Shown here piece after piece: positions 31,244-40,513 of a DNA stretch of 64,000 bases. A program made the translations under genes and the position numbers. Source of the stretch: Bacteroidia bacterium (lineage in GTDB: Bacteria > Bacteroidota > Bacteroidia > UKL13-3). The notes beneath the pieces are model-generated. The model searched no databases, was not told the origin of the DNA, and was given only the letters and a program-made list of their open reading frames with translations. Location of the stretch: the NCBI GenBank assembly GCA_044239605.1, contig JBIIBC010000002.1, forward strand, positions 135,441 through 199,440, read 5' to 3'. Every line of letters starts with the position of its first letter. The stretch's first letter is position 1.

Positions 31244-31420
31244 CTATTTTCCAATACTATCTTCTATGTTTCTTAGTTTTACTTCGCATAACTTTACTAA
31301 AGCCTTGGCTTCTATTAATTTTTGCGAAAGTGTTTCTAAATCTATTTCATTGTTTTCCATTTGCGCTACCATTTCCTCTAATTTCTGTTGCGCTTGGCTG
31401 TATGTTATTTCTTGTGACAT
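31244..31420 (-). CDS. xseB: Exodeoxyribonuclease VII small subunit. This ORF is absent from the supplied ORF track because it is only 58 aa.
   Basis: Reverse-strand translation MSQEITYSQAQQKLEEMVAQMENNEIDLETLSQKLIEAKALVKLCEVKLRNIEDSIGK matches the XseB pattern (TYEEA..LE.IV..ENNE.DLE.L...L..AK.L...C..KLR..E). Confidence 0.75.
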   Translation of the reverse strand: MSQEITYSQAQQKLEEMVAQMENNEIDLETLSQKLIEAKALVKLCEVKLRNIEDSIGK

Positions 31421-31575
31421 TGTTTATTTATTGATTTTTGATTTGGTGATTTATTGATTTTATTGTTGGATGGTTGAATTGTTTTATTGCTGAATTGTCG
31501 ATTCCTTATTGTCGATTGCTAATTACCTTTTGTTTATTACTAATTGCCTATTGTCAATTGCTTATTGCTTATTGA

Positions 31576-31746
31576 CTATTTAACATCCGAAACTACATTC
31601 ACAATTTTGGTATCTTTAATAAAAGTTTCTACTTTATCCGCTGGTTTGGATTTGTAATCCAAATCATTTACTGTAAGGATTTGTAATCCGCTTTTTACCG
31701 TGCTTAGAATAAAGCAAATATATAAATTGAAATTATATTTTTCGCA
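31576..31746 (-). pseudogene. xseA: Possible C-terminal remnant of exodeoxyribonuclease VII large subunit (xseA) lacking a start codon
   Basis: Reverse frame reads ...ILSTVKSGLQILTVNDLDYKSKPADKVETFIKDTKIVNVVSDVK*. An in-frame stop lies at 31747..31749 and there is no Met. This sits where xseA should precede xseB. The similarity call rests on the XseA C-terminal pattern only. Confidence 0.3.
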
Positions 31747-31768
31747 TTACAAATGCTTATAATACAAA

Positions 31769-31789
31769 GTGCGGTTTGCAAAACCGCAC
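31769..31789. other. GC-rich perfect hairpin gtgcggttt-gcaa-aaccgcac
   Basis: Seen directly. Unusual GC content for this genome. Confidence 0.6.
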
Positions 31790-31849
31790 CAGCTCGCAAG
31801 GTTAGCATATCTGCACAGGCTGGGCTTCAGATTTTCGCATTAACTAAAA

Positions 31850-31871
31850 CGGTCGGTAAAAATACCGACCG
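31850..31871. other. GC-rich perfect hairpin cggtcggta-aaaa-taccgaccg
   Basis: Seen directly. Confidence 0.6.
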
Positions 31872-31887
31872 CAGGCAAAATATACTT

Positions 31888-31980
31888 AGCATAAAGTATA
31901 TTATAATTAGCATAAAGCAAAATATACTTGGCATAAAGCCTTTTATATTGAGCATAAAGCAAAAAACACTCAGCATAAAG
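31888..31980 (+). repeat. Iteron-like array: five copies of (A/G)GCATAAAG at exact 21-bp spacing (31888, 31909, 31930, 31951, 31972)
   Basis: Seen directly. The spacers alternate as well, giving a 42-bp super-period (caaaatatactt / caaaaaacactc alternating with tatattataatt / ccttttatattg). Confidence 0.8.
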
Positions 31981-32141
31981 TAAATTTATATAAATGCTTG
32001 CCACTATTTAATAAGCCGTAATAGTACCTCCCCTATTTATGGTATAATTTATTTGATTTTTACTCATTAATTAACCATAAAACTAAAATCCAATATTTTA
32101 CAGTTTTTTTTATTGCCTCACAATTATAATATTGCAATCGC

Positions 32142-33824
32142 ATGAAAAAAGTACTACTTACTCTATCTAGTTACATGGTTTGCCTAACGTTTATTAGCGC
32201 TCAGGAGGGCGATAATAAAAAAGACAAGGGCGAATTTTCGGGGAACTTTCAAAACACCAACCAATTTTATGTAAACGATCCTAAAATTGGAACCAACACT
32301 ACTCAGTATAAACGCGAATTATCAAGTTCTGATGCTTGGCTTTATTTAAACTATAAATTGAAAGGGTTTAATTTTAACTTGCGATATGATGTGTTTAACA
32401 ACTCGCCATTATTTAACCCAAGCGAGGCTTTCACTAAAAGTGGAATTGGAATATGGAGCGTTAGCAAAGACATTGATAAATTCAATATAACAGTTGGTTA
32501 TTTTTACGACCAGTTTGGTACAGGAATGGTTTTTAGGGCTTTTGAAGATAGAAACTTAGGTTTAGATTTTGCCATAAATGGTGCAAGGGTTATATACACA
32601 CCCAATGAAAACACGCAAATTAAAGCCTTTACAGGTTTACAAAAATTTAGGTTTGATGTTCGTCCAGAGGTTATTAAAGGGTTAAATATTGAACATAGAA
32701 TTGAAGTAAACGATAACTTAAATTTTCAATTAGGTGCAAGTGCCGTAAATAGAACCATTGATCAGAATACCATGAATACTATAGTAGGCGCTATTAATAA
32801 TTATGAATTAAAGAATAGATTTATACCAACTTATAATGTGTATTTGGGAAATATTTACAATACGTTAAGCTATAAAAAATTCAGCTTATACACTGAGTAT
32901 TGCCAAAAAAGCCAAGAAGCAATATTTAATCCAATATTAGACAGAATGGAGCTAAGAGATGGCCGTGTTTATTATACTAGTTTATCTTATTCAACCAAAG
33001 GTTTAGGTATCAATGCACAATACAAACGCATCGAAAGTTTTTCACTTAGAACATCGCCATTAGAAAACTTAAACTTAGGTATGATTGCTTATTTACCAAG
33101 TTTAACCCGTCAGAATACTTATCGATTATTGGCTCGTTACAATGCAGTGGTTCAGGAGTTAGGCGAAAATGCAATAGGAATGGAGTTTACTATTAAACCA
33201 CAAGGAGCTTATTTTAAAAAGCATCAAACCACTATCAATATTAATACCAGTGTAGTTACAGCCAAAGATAATTTCGATTCAAAAAGTTTAAATCCTTTTG
33301 ATTTTGAAAAAGATACTGCTCGTTATTTTAGAGAGCATTATATTGATGTATCACATAAGTTCAATAAAAAGTTCAAAGCCATGTTGGGTTTTCAATACAT
33401 AAACTATAACCAACAATTATTTGAATTAAAACCTAAAAACTATGATTATGTAACTGCCAAAACATATTTTGGAGAAATTACTTATAAACTAACTTCTACT
33501 CGGTCACTAAGAGTAGAAGCACAATACCTTGAAACCAAACAAGATTTAGGAAGTTTTATAAATGGAACAGTGGAGTTAAATATTGCTCCTCATTACTCAT
33601 TTAGTGTAGGCGATATGGTAAATGTAAATAGGGTTATTAGAGATGCCAATGCTAGCCAAGATTTAATTCATTATTGGAATGTATTTGGAAGCTACACTTA
33701 CAAAACCACAAGGTTAACAGGTGGCTATATAAAACAAGTAGAGGGGGTGAATTGTACAGGTGGTGTTTGCCGCGTAGAGCCAGCATTTAGCGGAGTTAGG
33801 GTTACTTTACAAACTAATTTTTAA
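32142..33824 (+). CDS. Putative outer-membrane beta-barrel protein
   Basis: Signal peptide MKKVLLTLSSYMVCLTFISAQ. Alternating strands. C-terminal LQTNF. Confidence 0.5.
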   Translation: MKKVLLTLSSYMVCLTFISAQEGDNKKDKGEFSGNFQNTNQFYVNDPKIGTNTTQYKRELSSSDAWLYLNYKLKGFNFNLRYDVFNNSPLFNPSEAFTKSGIGIWSVSKDIDKFNITVGYFYDQFGTGMVFRAFEDRNLGLDFAINGARVIYTPNENTQIKAFTGLQKFRFDVRPEVIKGLNIEHRIEVNDNLNFQLGASAVNRTIDQNTMNTIVGAINNYELKNRFIPTYNVYLGNIYNTLSYKKFSLYTEYCQKSQEAIFNPILDRMELRDGRVYYTSLSYSTKGLGINAQYKRIESFSLRTSPLENLNLGMIAYLPSLTRQNTYRLLARYNAVVQELGENAIGMEFTIKPQGAYFKKHQTTININTSVVTAKDNFDSKSLNPFDFEKDTARYFREHYIDVSHKFNKKFKAMLGFQYINYNQQLFELKPKNYDYVTAKTYFGEITYKLTSTRSLRVEAQYLETKQDLGSFINGTVELNIAPHYSFSVGDMVNVNRVIRDANASQDLIHYWNVFGSYTYKTTRLTGGYIKQVEGVNCTGGVCRVEPAFSGVRVTLQTNF

Positions 33825-33834
33825 GATTCAAATT

Positions 33835-34746
33835 ATGAAAAATATAATTAAAATTTTTGTTGCAAGTTTATTTTTACTTTCAGCATGTAAAGAAGAAATT
33901 CCTACTGGGTTAAATTTAACGCCTGAACGAAGTGTATTCGATACCACTTATATTACCAATACCATTCCTGCACCTCAGCCTGCAAATGTTTATATTGAAG
34001 ATTTTACAGGCGTTAAATGTCCAAATTGTCCCAGAGCCCAAGCCACTGCAAAAAACATAGCTAATGCAAATCCTAATAGAGTTGTGGTAATGGCTATTCA
34101 TCCTGGGCCAAATATTCTCAATTTTTTTGTAAGCCCTTTTAAAACTCCTGGCGATGACCACGACAGTAAATATGACTTTAGAAGCAAAGAAGGTGGTGAT
34201 ATTTTTAATATTTTAGGAAGCTCAAGCTCTTTGCCTATTGGAGCCATTAATAGAATAAAATTTTCAGGTGAAAATGTATTGATTGATGACACTAAATGGA
34301 ACAATTACACCAATTCTATTTTGGCAAGTAATTCAAAAGTAAATATTGATACATTTGGTACTAAAGGCGTATATTTTGTAGAAGCTAATAAAATTAGAAT
34401 AAATACTAAAGTTACCTTCACTACCAATATAATTGATTCGCAATATGTAAGTATAGCAATTATTGAAAATGGTTTAATTGATTTTCAGAAAAGTGGTGGA
34501 AAAGTAATTGAAGATTACGAACACGAACATGTGCTAAGAAGAATGATTACACCTTCGACTGGAAGCCAATTAAAAGCACAAATTATAGCAGGTAGGGTTT
34601 TTGAGAAAACTTTTGATTATGAAATAGCAATTGAAGAAAAGTGGAATTCGAAAAATTTAAAGGTAATTATTTTTGTACATAATGGACCCGGAGGAACAGA
34701 ACCGTATAAAGTTTTACAAGTTAAAGAATATAAAATTAACGAATGA
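33835..34746 (+). CDS. Lipoprotein with CxxC motif (Omp28-related?)
   Basis: Lipobox LLSAC. CPNCP motif. About 300 aa. Confidence 0.4.
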   Translation: MKNIIKIFVASLFLLSACKEEIPTGLNLTPERSVFDTTYITNTIPAPQPANVYIEDFTGVKCPNCPRAQATAKNIANANPNRVVVMAIHPGPNILNFFVSPFKTPGDDHDSKYDFRSKEGGDIFNILGSSSSLPIGAINRIKFSGENVLIDDTKWNNYTNSILASNSKVNIDTFGTKGVYFVEANKIRINTKVTFTTNIIDSQYVSIAIIENGLIDFQKSGGKVIEDYEHEHVLRRMITPSTGSQLKAQIIAGRVFEKTFDYEIAIEEKWNSKNLKVIIFVHNGPGGTEPYKVLQVKEYKINE

Positions 34747-35333
34747 AAATAAGAAGTTTTGTTATTTTATACTTATTGGTATTATGCTCTTGTAATGGAA
34801 TTGATCAAGCTTATTTAGATTCCATTTTAGCGCATAGAAACAGCGCCAACCACACTTTTTTTGATGCTCAAACCACCCCACTTGATACCAATAAATTGAA
34901 AACATTTACTGGTTTAAAGTTTTTTGAAGTAAACCCAAATTATAAGGTTACTGCTACTTTAACTAAGTATGCCGATATGCCTCATTTTGAATTGCCTCAT
35001 TCGCACAATAGCACAAAACCTTACACGCAATATGGTAAAATCAATTTTACTTTAAATGGTAATAATTGTGAACTTACTGTACTAGAAGCCGTAAATAAAA
35101 AAGAAGAATATAAAAACTACTTGCTTATTTGTTTTACCGATTTAACCACCGGTACCGAAACTTATGGTGGAGGCCGTTATTTAGATATAGAAATACCTAA
35201 AAACAACTTGGTGGATATTGATTTTAACTTGGCTTATCATCCGTACTGTTTGTACAATAGCAATTTTACTTGCCCAATTCCTCCTAAAGAAAATTTTATA
35301 AATACTAGAATTGAAGCTGGCGAAAAACTTTAA
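34743..35333 (+). CDS. DUF1684 domain protein
   Basis: C-terminal motif LAYHPYCLYNSNFTCPIPPKENFINTRIEAGEK characteristic of DUF1684. Start overlaps the previous gene by 4 bp. Confidence 0.65.
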   Translation: MKIRSFVILYLLVLCSCNGIDQAYLDSILAHRNSANHTFFDAQTTPLDTNKLKTFTGLKFFEVNPNYKVTATLTKYADMPHFELPHSHNSTKPYTQYGKINFTLNGNNCELTVLEAVNKKEEYKNYLLICFTDLTTGTETYGGGRYLDIEIPKNNLVDIDFNLAYHPYCLYNSNFTCPIPPKENFINTRIEAGEKL

Positions 35334-35369
35334 CATAAAAAAGTTTTTCGCCTACAAATAATTATTACA

Positions 35370-37469
35370 CTAATCTTTTAAATACTTACCTAACCATTCA
35401 AAGAATACACGTTGCCAAAGCACACTATTTTGAGGCTTGGTAACCCAATGGTTTTCATCGGGGAAGTATAAAAATCTACTTGGAACTCCTTTTATTTGTG
35501 CAGCAGTAAATGCTTCCATTCCTTGTCCTAGCGGTACTCTAAAGTCCTTTTCATTATGTATTACTAAAATGGGTGAATCCCAGTTTTGAACAAACTTATG
35601 CGGAGAGGCATTAAAATTATTAGGGTTATCAGTTTGACTCCAATACGGTCCTTTATTGTCGTTATTGGCAAAATACATTTCTTCGGTGGTTCCATACCAA
35701 CTTTCCATGTTAAACATGCCACAATGAGCTATAAATGTTTTAAATCTTTTGTTATGATTACCTGCTAACCAATAAACTGAAAAGCCACCAAAGCTTGCTC
35801 CTACTGCGCCTAACTTATCTTTATTTACGTATGGCTCATTACTAATATCATCAATGGCACTAAAATAATCTTTCATACATTGTCCACCATAATCGCCTGT
35901 AATGGCATCGTTCCATTCACTTCCATGTCCTGGCATTCCGCGTCTGTTAGGTGCAATAACAATATAACCATTAGCGGCCATTAATTGAAAATTCCATCGG
36001 TAACTAAAAAACTGAGTCAAGGCACTTTGAGGTCCGCCTTGACAATAAAGTAATGTTGGATATTTTTTAGTGGCATCAAAGTTTGGCGGATAAATAACCC
36101 AACTTAGCAAGTCTTTTCCATCAGTAGTTTTAGTGATTCTTTTTTCTACTTTACCCATTTTAACTTCATCTAAAATAGCCTTGTTGGTAAAAGTAATTTG
36201 CTTTTCTGTTTTACTTTTTGGATCAATAATAAATAGTTCGGTAGGCATGCTAATCGACATTCTTGAACCTAATAGCATTGTTTTTTTACCAATTTTATAA
36301 ACTGAAACTGAAGTGTAATCATGATCACCATTAGTAATTTTTTCAGGATATTTATTGTTTGCAATTCTAAAATCATTGGTATAATAAATTTGCTTAGTAC
36401 CTTTATCAATAACGATGTAATAAAAACTTAAATCACTGTCAAATTCAAAGTTTTCAATATGTAAATCTTTAACTGGTGAACCTGTCAATTCAAATCTAAT
36501 CACTGGTGTTTTCTCTCCTCTTATCATTTCATAATTTGTATCAATTGGTAAATCCAACACACAAATTCTCTGATTGTCACTTTCATTTCCTGCTCCAATC
36601 ATTTGCAGCCAAGCTATTTTATTACCACTTGGCGAATATTTAGGATTGCGATCATAGCCTTTATTGCTTGCTGAAAGATTCAAAGTTTTTTGTGTCAATA
36701 AGTCATATTCGTAAATATCGCTATTGGTTGAAATGGCCTCGGCAGTTCCAGATAATTTCCTGCTATTGTAAGCTAATTTTGTTCCATCAGGACTCCAATT
36801 AAATTCATCATCATCGCCATGTGGTTGTAAAGGACAATCAAATTTTTCATCCTTCATAATATCTAATGCATAGCCATTAGTTTCTCCATTTGAATAAGGT
36901 ATAATAAACAAATGACTGTACGCATAATCGTGCCAACTATCCCAGTGGCGGTAAAATAATCCATCAATAATTCTTGCATTGCATTTATCCAAATCAGGGT
37001 AAATTTCTTTTACTTCTTTATCCAGTTTCACATCTGCCGTAAAAGCTATGTGTTTCATTATTGGTGAATACTTATAACCACTTATTCCTCCATTAAAATT
37101 AGTAACTTTGGTTTTATTGCTTCCGTCCAAATTCATTTCCCAAAGTTGCACATCACCGCTTTTAGCACTCAAAAAACTAATTTTATTTCCAATGGGTGTG
37201 AATCGTGCACCAAATGCATTTAAATCCCCATCAGTCAATACAGTTTTATTTTCACCATTGATGGTAATACTGTAAATAATGTTAGTGCTTTTATTGGTTT
37301 TAATACTGTAATTTCTTACACTATAAATAACGGTTTTTCCATCATTCGAAACTTGAGCATCAGCCACGCGGCCTAGCTGCCAAAGGTTATCAATAGTAAG
37401 GTTTTGTTGTGCCATAGCAGTATATAAGCTACAAAAAAGAAATAAAAATTTAAAAATAGATTTTATCAT
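35370..37469 (-). CDS. S9 family serine peptidase (prolyl oligopeptidase / DPP-like) with N-terminal beta-propeller
   Basis: Signal peptide. Propeller repeats. Catalytic GASFGGFSV (G-x-S-x-G-G). Catalytic Asp/His present in the C-terminal alpha/beta-hydrolase region. Confidence 0.85.
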   Translation of the reverse strand: MIKSIFKFLFLFCSLYTAMAQQNLTIDNLWQLGRVADAQVSNDGKTVIYSVRNYSIKTNKSTNIIYSITINGENKTVLTDGDLNAFGARFTPIGNKISFLSAKSGDVQLWEMNLDGSNKTKVTNFNGGISGYKYSPIMKHIAFTADVKLDKEVKEIYPDLDKCNARIIDGLFYRHWDSWHDYAYSHLFIIPYSNGETNGYALDIMKDEKFDCPLQPHGDDDEFNWSPDGTKLAYNSRKLSGTAEAISTNSDIYEYDLLTQKTLNLSASNKGYDRNPKYSPSGNKIAWLQMIGAGNESDNQRICVLDLPIDTNYEMIRGEKTPVIRFELTGSPVKDLHIENFEFDSDLSFYYIVIDKGTKQIYYTNDFRIANNKYPEKITNGDHDYTSVSVYKIGKKTMLLGSRMSISMPTELFIIDPKSKTEKQITFTNKAILDEVKMGKVEKRITKTTDGKDLLSWVIYPPNFDATKKYPTLLYCQGGPQSALTQFFSYRWNFQLMAANGYIVIAPNRRGMPGHGSEWNDAITGDYGGQCMKDYFSAIDDISNEPYVNKDKLGAVGASFGGFSVYWLAGNHNKRFKTFIAHCGMFNMESWYGTTEEMYFANNDNKGPYWSQTDNPNNFNASPHKFVQNWDSPILVIHNEKDFRVPLGQGMEAFTAAQIKGVPSRFLYFPDENHWVTKPQNSVLWQRVFFEWLGKYLKD

Positions 37470-37495
37470 AATGTGAATTTATTTATAAAAAAACA

Positions 37496-37557
37496 AACCG
37501 CTTAATAACAAAATACTCAATACTTGAACAGTATTTATTTGATGTTATTAAGCGGTT
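37496..37557 (-). terminator. 15-bp perfect inverted repeat (aaccgcttaataaca ... tgttattaagcggtt) followed on the - strand by a T-run
   Basis: Seen directly downstream of the 37583..37999 gene. Confidence 0.55.
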
Positions 37558-37582
37558 TAAAATTAATAATTTGGCCTTTTAT

Positions 37583-37999
37583 TTACCAAACATATTGTGA
37601 TTTATTCATTAACAAGGCCTCTCCTACCAATGTATCTGCGCCTGTAGCCACATCAACAATTTTGGTTTCGTAAAGTACACGGTTTTTTTCAGGAAAAATT
37701 TCTTTTACAGTAATTACAGCTTGGTAATCTGTATCAACAAACATTGGTTTTAAAAAAGTATTATTTTGTTTCATGTAAATATGTCCTTCGGCATAATACA
37801 ATGCGCCAAATATTTTAGTAAACACACTTGCACTAAAATGCCCATGAATAATATTACGTCCAAAAATACTTGCTTTTCCTGCCTCAGGGTTGGTGTGTAA
37901 TGGATTGGTATCTCCACTAATTTGTGCATATAAATTTACTTGCTCTTGGGTGTATTTAATATTGTGTGTAAATACATCGCCTACATTTGGTGCTGCCAT
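37583..37999 (-). CDS. MaoC-like (R)-specific enoyl-CoA hydratase / hotdog-fold dehydratase
   Basis: 138-aa hotdog pattern (TNPLHTNPEAGKASIFGRNIIHG). Confidence 0.6.
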   Translation of the reverse strand: MAAPNVGDVFTHNIKYTQEQVNLYAQISGDTNPLHTNPEAGKASIFGRNIIHGHFSASVFTKIFGALYYAEGHIYMKQNNTFLKPMFVDTDYQAVITVKEIFPEKNRVLYETKIVDVATGADTLVGEALLMNKSQYVW

Positions 38000-38119
38000 A
38001 ATTTTGAATATTTTTAGTTAAATTTTGTACTGCAAAATATTTATTTTTTTGAAATAACAAACCTGTAAATAATTTATTTCTTTACAAGTTTTGATTTAAA
38101 CTTTTATTTAATCGTTCAA

Positions 38120-39364
38120 TTATTTGCTAAGCCTATGTTTAGACAAGGTTTTGAAAGCAAAATAACCGCTAATTAAAATTAATAAAGCTGCTAAAAAAAA
38201 TGGAGCTCCAGGCAAAAAGAACAAAGAATCATTAGCGGTGGTATAGGCAAACAAATTGGTCATAACCAAAGGACCAATAATTGAAGTTAAACTAATCAAA
38301 CTGGTTAATGCACCTTGTAATTCACCTTGTTCGGTAGGTGGAACTTGGTTTGAAATTAAGCCTTGTAAAGCAGGACCGGCAATTCCACCTAAACAATATG
38401 GAATTAAAAAAACAAACATCATCCATTCTTTCCAAGCTATACCAAATAAGACCAAACCAAGTGCATATAAAAACAATCCTAAATAAATAGACTTATTCTG
38501 ACCTAATTTGGGGTTTATTATCCTAATTAAATAGCCTTGAACTAATGAAACCAATATACCGACAAATGCAAATGAATAGCCAACCATTTGTGCATCCCAA
38601 TTAAACTTATAAATGGTAAAATAGCTCCAATTTGACTGAACAGCATGAGAAGCTATGTAAATTAATACCAAAGAAACAATTAATCCTGAAACAACTGGAT
38701 ATTTACGCAAATGCTTTAATGAACCAATTGGGTTGGCTCTCTTCCATTCAAATTTTCTGCGATTTTCCTTTAGTAAAGATTCAGGTAATACAAAATAACC
38801 GTATAACAAATTCAACAGAGTTAAGGCAGCAGCTACTAAAAAAGGAACATTTGCTCCCCACTGAGCAGATAAGCCGCCAATTACTGGACCAATAATAAAT
38901 CCTAATCCAAAAGCCGCCCCTATTAATCCAAAATTTTGAGCACGTTTTTCAGGTGTACTGATATCTGCTATGTATGCGGTAGCTGTGGTAATGCTTGCGC
39001 CCATCACTCCAGCAATTAATCTTCCAATAAAAAGCCAAGTTATAGAAGGAGCATAAGCATGCAAAATATAATCTAAACCCAAACCTAAAAGAGAAATTAA
39101 TAAAACTGGTCTTCGGCCAAATTTGTCGCTTAATCCGCCTAAAACAGGTGAAAACAAAAATTGCATAATAGCAAAACAAAAAACCAACCATCCACCATAA
39201 CGCGATGCTTCTGAAATTCCTTCACCTGTTAATTGTTCAATGAGTTTAGGAACAACTGGAATAATAATTCCAAGGCCAATTACATCAACAAGTATAGTTA
39301 TAAAAATAAATCCTAAGGCCGCATTGCGTTTTACTGTCATATTTGAGTATAGTATAAAAAGCAA
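38120..39364 (-). CDS. MFS transporter (DHA1/TetA-like)
   Basis: 12 predicted TM helices. Motif [11 protein letters not shown] in loop 2-3. Confidence 0.85.
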   Translation of the reverse strand: MLFILYSNMTVKRNAALGFIFITILVDVIGLGIIIPVVPKLIEQLTGEGISEASRYGGWLVFCFAIMQFLFSPVLGGLSDKFGRRPVLLISLLGLGLDYILHAYAPSITWLFIGRLIAGVMGASITTATAYIADISTPEKRAQNFGLIGAAFGLGFIIGPVIGGLSAQWGANVPFLVAAALTLLNLLYGYFVLPESLLKENRRKFEWKRANPIGSLKHLRKYPVVSGLIVSLVLIYIASHAVQSNWSYFTIYKFNWDAQMVGYSFAFVGILVSLVQGYLIRIINPKLGQNKSIYLGLFLYALGLVLFGIAWKEWMMFVFLIPYCLGGIAGPALQGLISNQVPPTEQGELQGALTSLISLTSIIGPLVMTNLFAYTTANDSLFFLPGAPFFLAALLILISGYFAFKTLSKHRLSK

Positions 39365-39482
39365 ACATAATTGTAAATATCAGTTAATAAAATAAACAAA
39401 TTCAGTTTAATGATTTACTCGAAAATTTGACTTGAAAAATCAATTTTGATGCGTACATTTGCGGCTCAAAATTTTATAAAAA

Positions 39483-40418
39483 ATGAAAAATACATTTAAA
39501 TTATTAAGCGCATTTATTGTTGCAAGTATCATTGCATTGACTTCATCTTGTTCAAAAGATGATACAGCCACAACAGTTGACGCAACCTCTATTACTTTAA
39601 CAGACAGTTTAGGTAAAAATGAAATTGGTAACAAAAACGCTATTGCTTATGTAAAAATTAACATAAAACTTGCTACTGGAACCACCGTTAAAACTGCTAA
39701 ATTAGAAAGAAAAATTGGTACTGCTACAAGTGAAGTATTAATTGAAAATAACAAAATTGATACAGTTACTGACTTTACTTTATCTGATTTATTTACAGAT
39801 GAAATTGTTTCGAGTGATTTAACTATGGGTACCAAAGTAGTTTATACAGCTACTATTACTGATTCAAAATCGAAAACAGCAACAGGAAGTGTAACATATA
39901 CAGTAGTTAGAGGAAATGGAATCTTAGTATCTGAAATTATTGAATTAGGTGCACAATCTGATACAATAAGAGAATACAAGTTTTTAGGACTAGCTAACAG
40001 TTTCGCTACTTATACTGCAGGCGATAAAGGTACTGCAAGAACTAATTCTGAAAAAATTGACTTTGTTTATTACTATGGACAAAATGATAAAAACACTTTT
40101 GCATCTCCAAGTAATACAGATGGTGCTCAAGTTATTTGGGGTAACGAAATTACAAGTTGGACAACTAAAAATGTAACTTTATTCAGCACTAATGTAATAA
40201 ATGCAGCTACTTTTGAAACAATTAAAGCTTCTAAAGTAGATGATGCATTTTACAACATTGATTTTACAAAAAACACCACTGAGAAATACATCAACTTTGG
40301 TGTTAACAAAGTGGTGGCATTTAAAACTGCTGGTGGTAAAATTGGTTTAGCTAGATTTTTACTTGGTGCAAATTCAGCATCCGAGTCAATGAAAGTACAA
40401 ATTATTTGTCAAGACTAA
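39483..40418 (+). CDS. Hypothetical lipoprotein
   Basis: Signal plus lipobox LTSSC. Thr/Ser-rich. No motif recognised. Confidence 0.45.
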   Translation: MKNTFKLLSAFIVASIIALTSSCSKDDTATTVDATSITLTDSLGKNEIGNKNAIAYVKINIKLATGTTVKTAKLERKIGTATSEVLIENNKIDTVTDFTLSDLFTDEIVSSDLTMGTKVVYTATITDSKSKTATGSVTYTVVRGNGILVSEIIELGAQSDTIREYKFLGLANSFATYTAGDKGTARTNSEKIDFVYYYGQNDKNTFASPSNTDGAQVIWGNEITSWTTKNVTLFSTNVINAATFETIKASKVDDAFYNIDFTKNTTEKYINFGVNKVVAFKTAGGKIGLARFLLGANSASESMKVQIICQD

Positions 40419-40456
40419 AAGTATAACTAAGTAAATTAACATTTAGAATACCAAAT

Positions 40457-40490
40457 AAAAGCCATTTCAAAATACTTTGAAATGGCTTTT
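40457..40490. terminator. Bidirectional terminator (aaaagccatttcaaa-atac-tttgaaatggctttt)
   Basis: Perfect 15-bp stem flanked by A and T runs between convergent genes. Confidence 0.65.
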
Positions 40491-40513
40491 TTGTTTATAA
40501 ATTTTTAAAATAC

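Noticed and set aside
31221-31457. 78-aa ORF on + strand
   Set aside because: It is antisense to the well-supported xseB gene on the - strand.
31888-31980. Possible CRISPR array
   Set aside because: The repeats are only 9 bp and the spacers 12 bp, and the spacers themselves alternate in a 42-bp period. This is an iteron or operator array, not CRISPR. No cas genes are nearby.
31753-31983. 76-aa ORF on + strand
   Set aside because: Its translation (ILSIKQ...) is just the read-through of the phased AGCATAAAG repeats and the hairpins. It has no start context and is not protein-coding.
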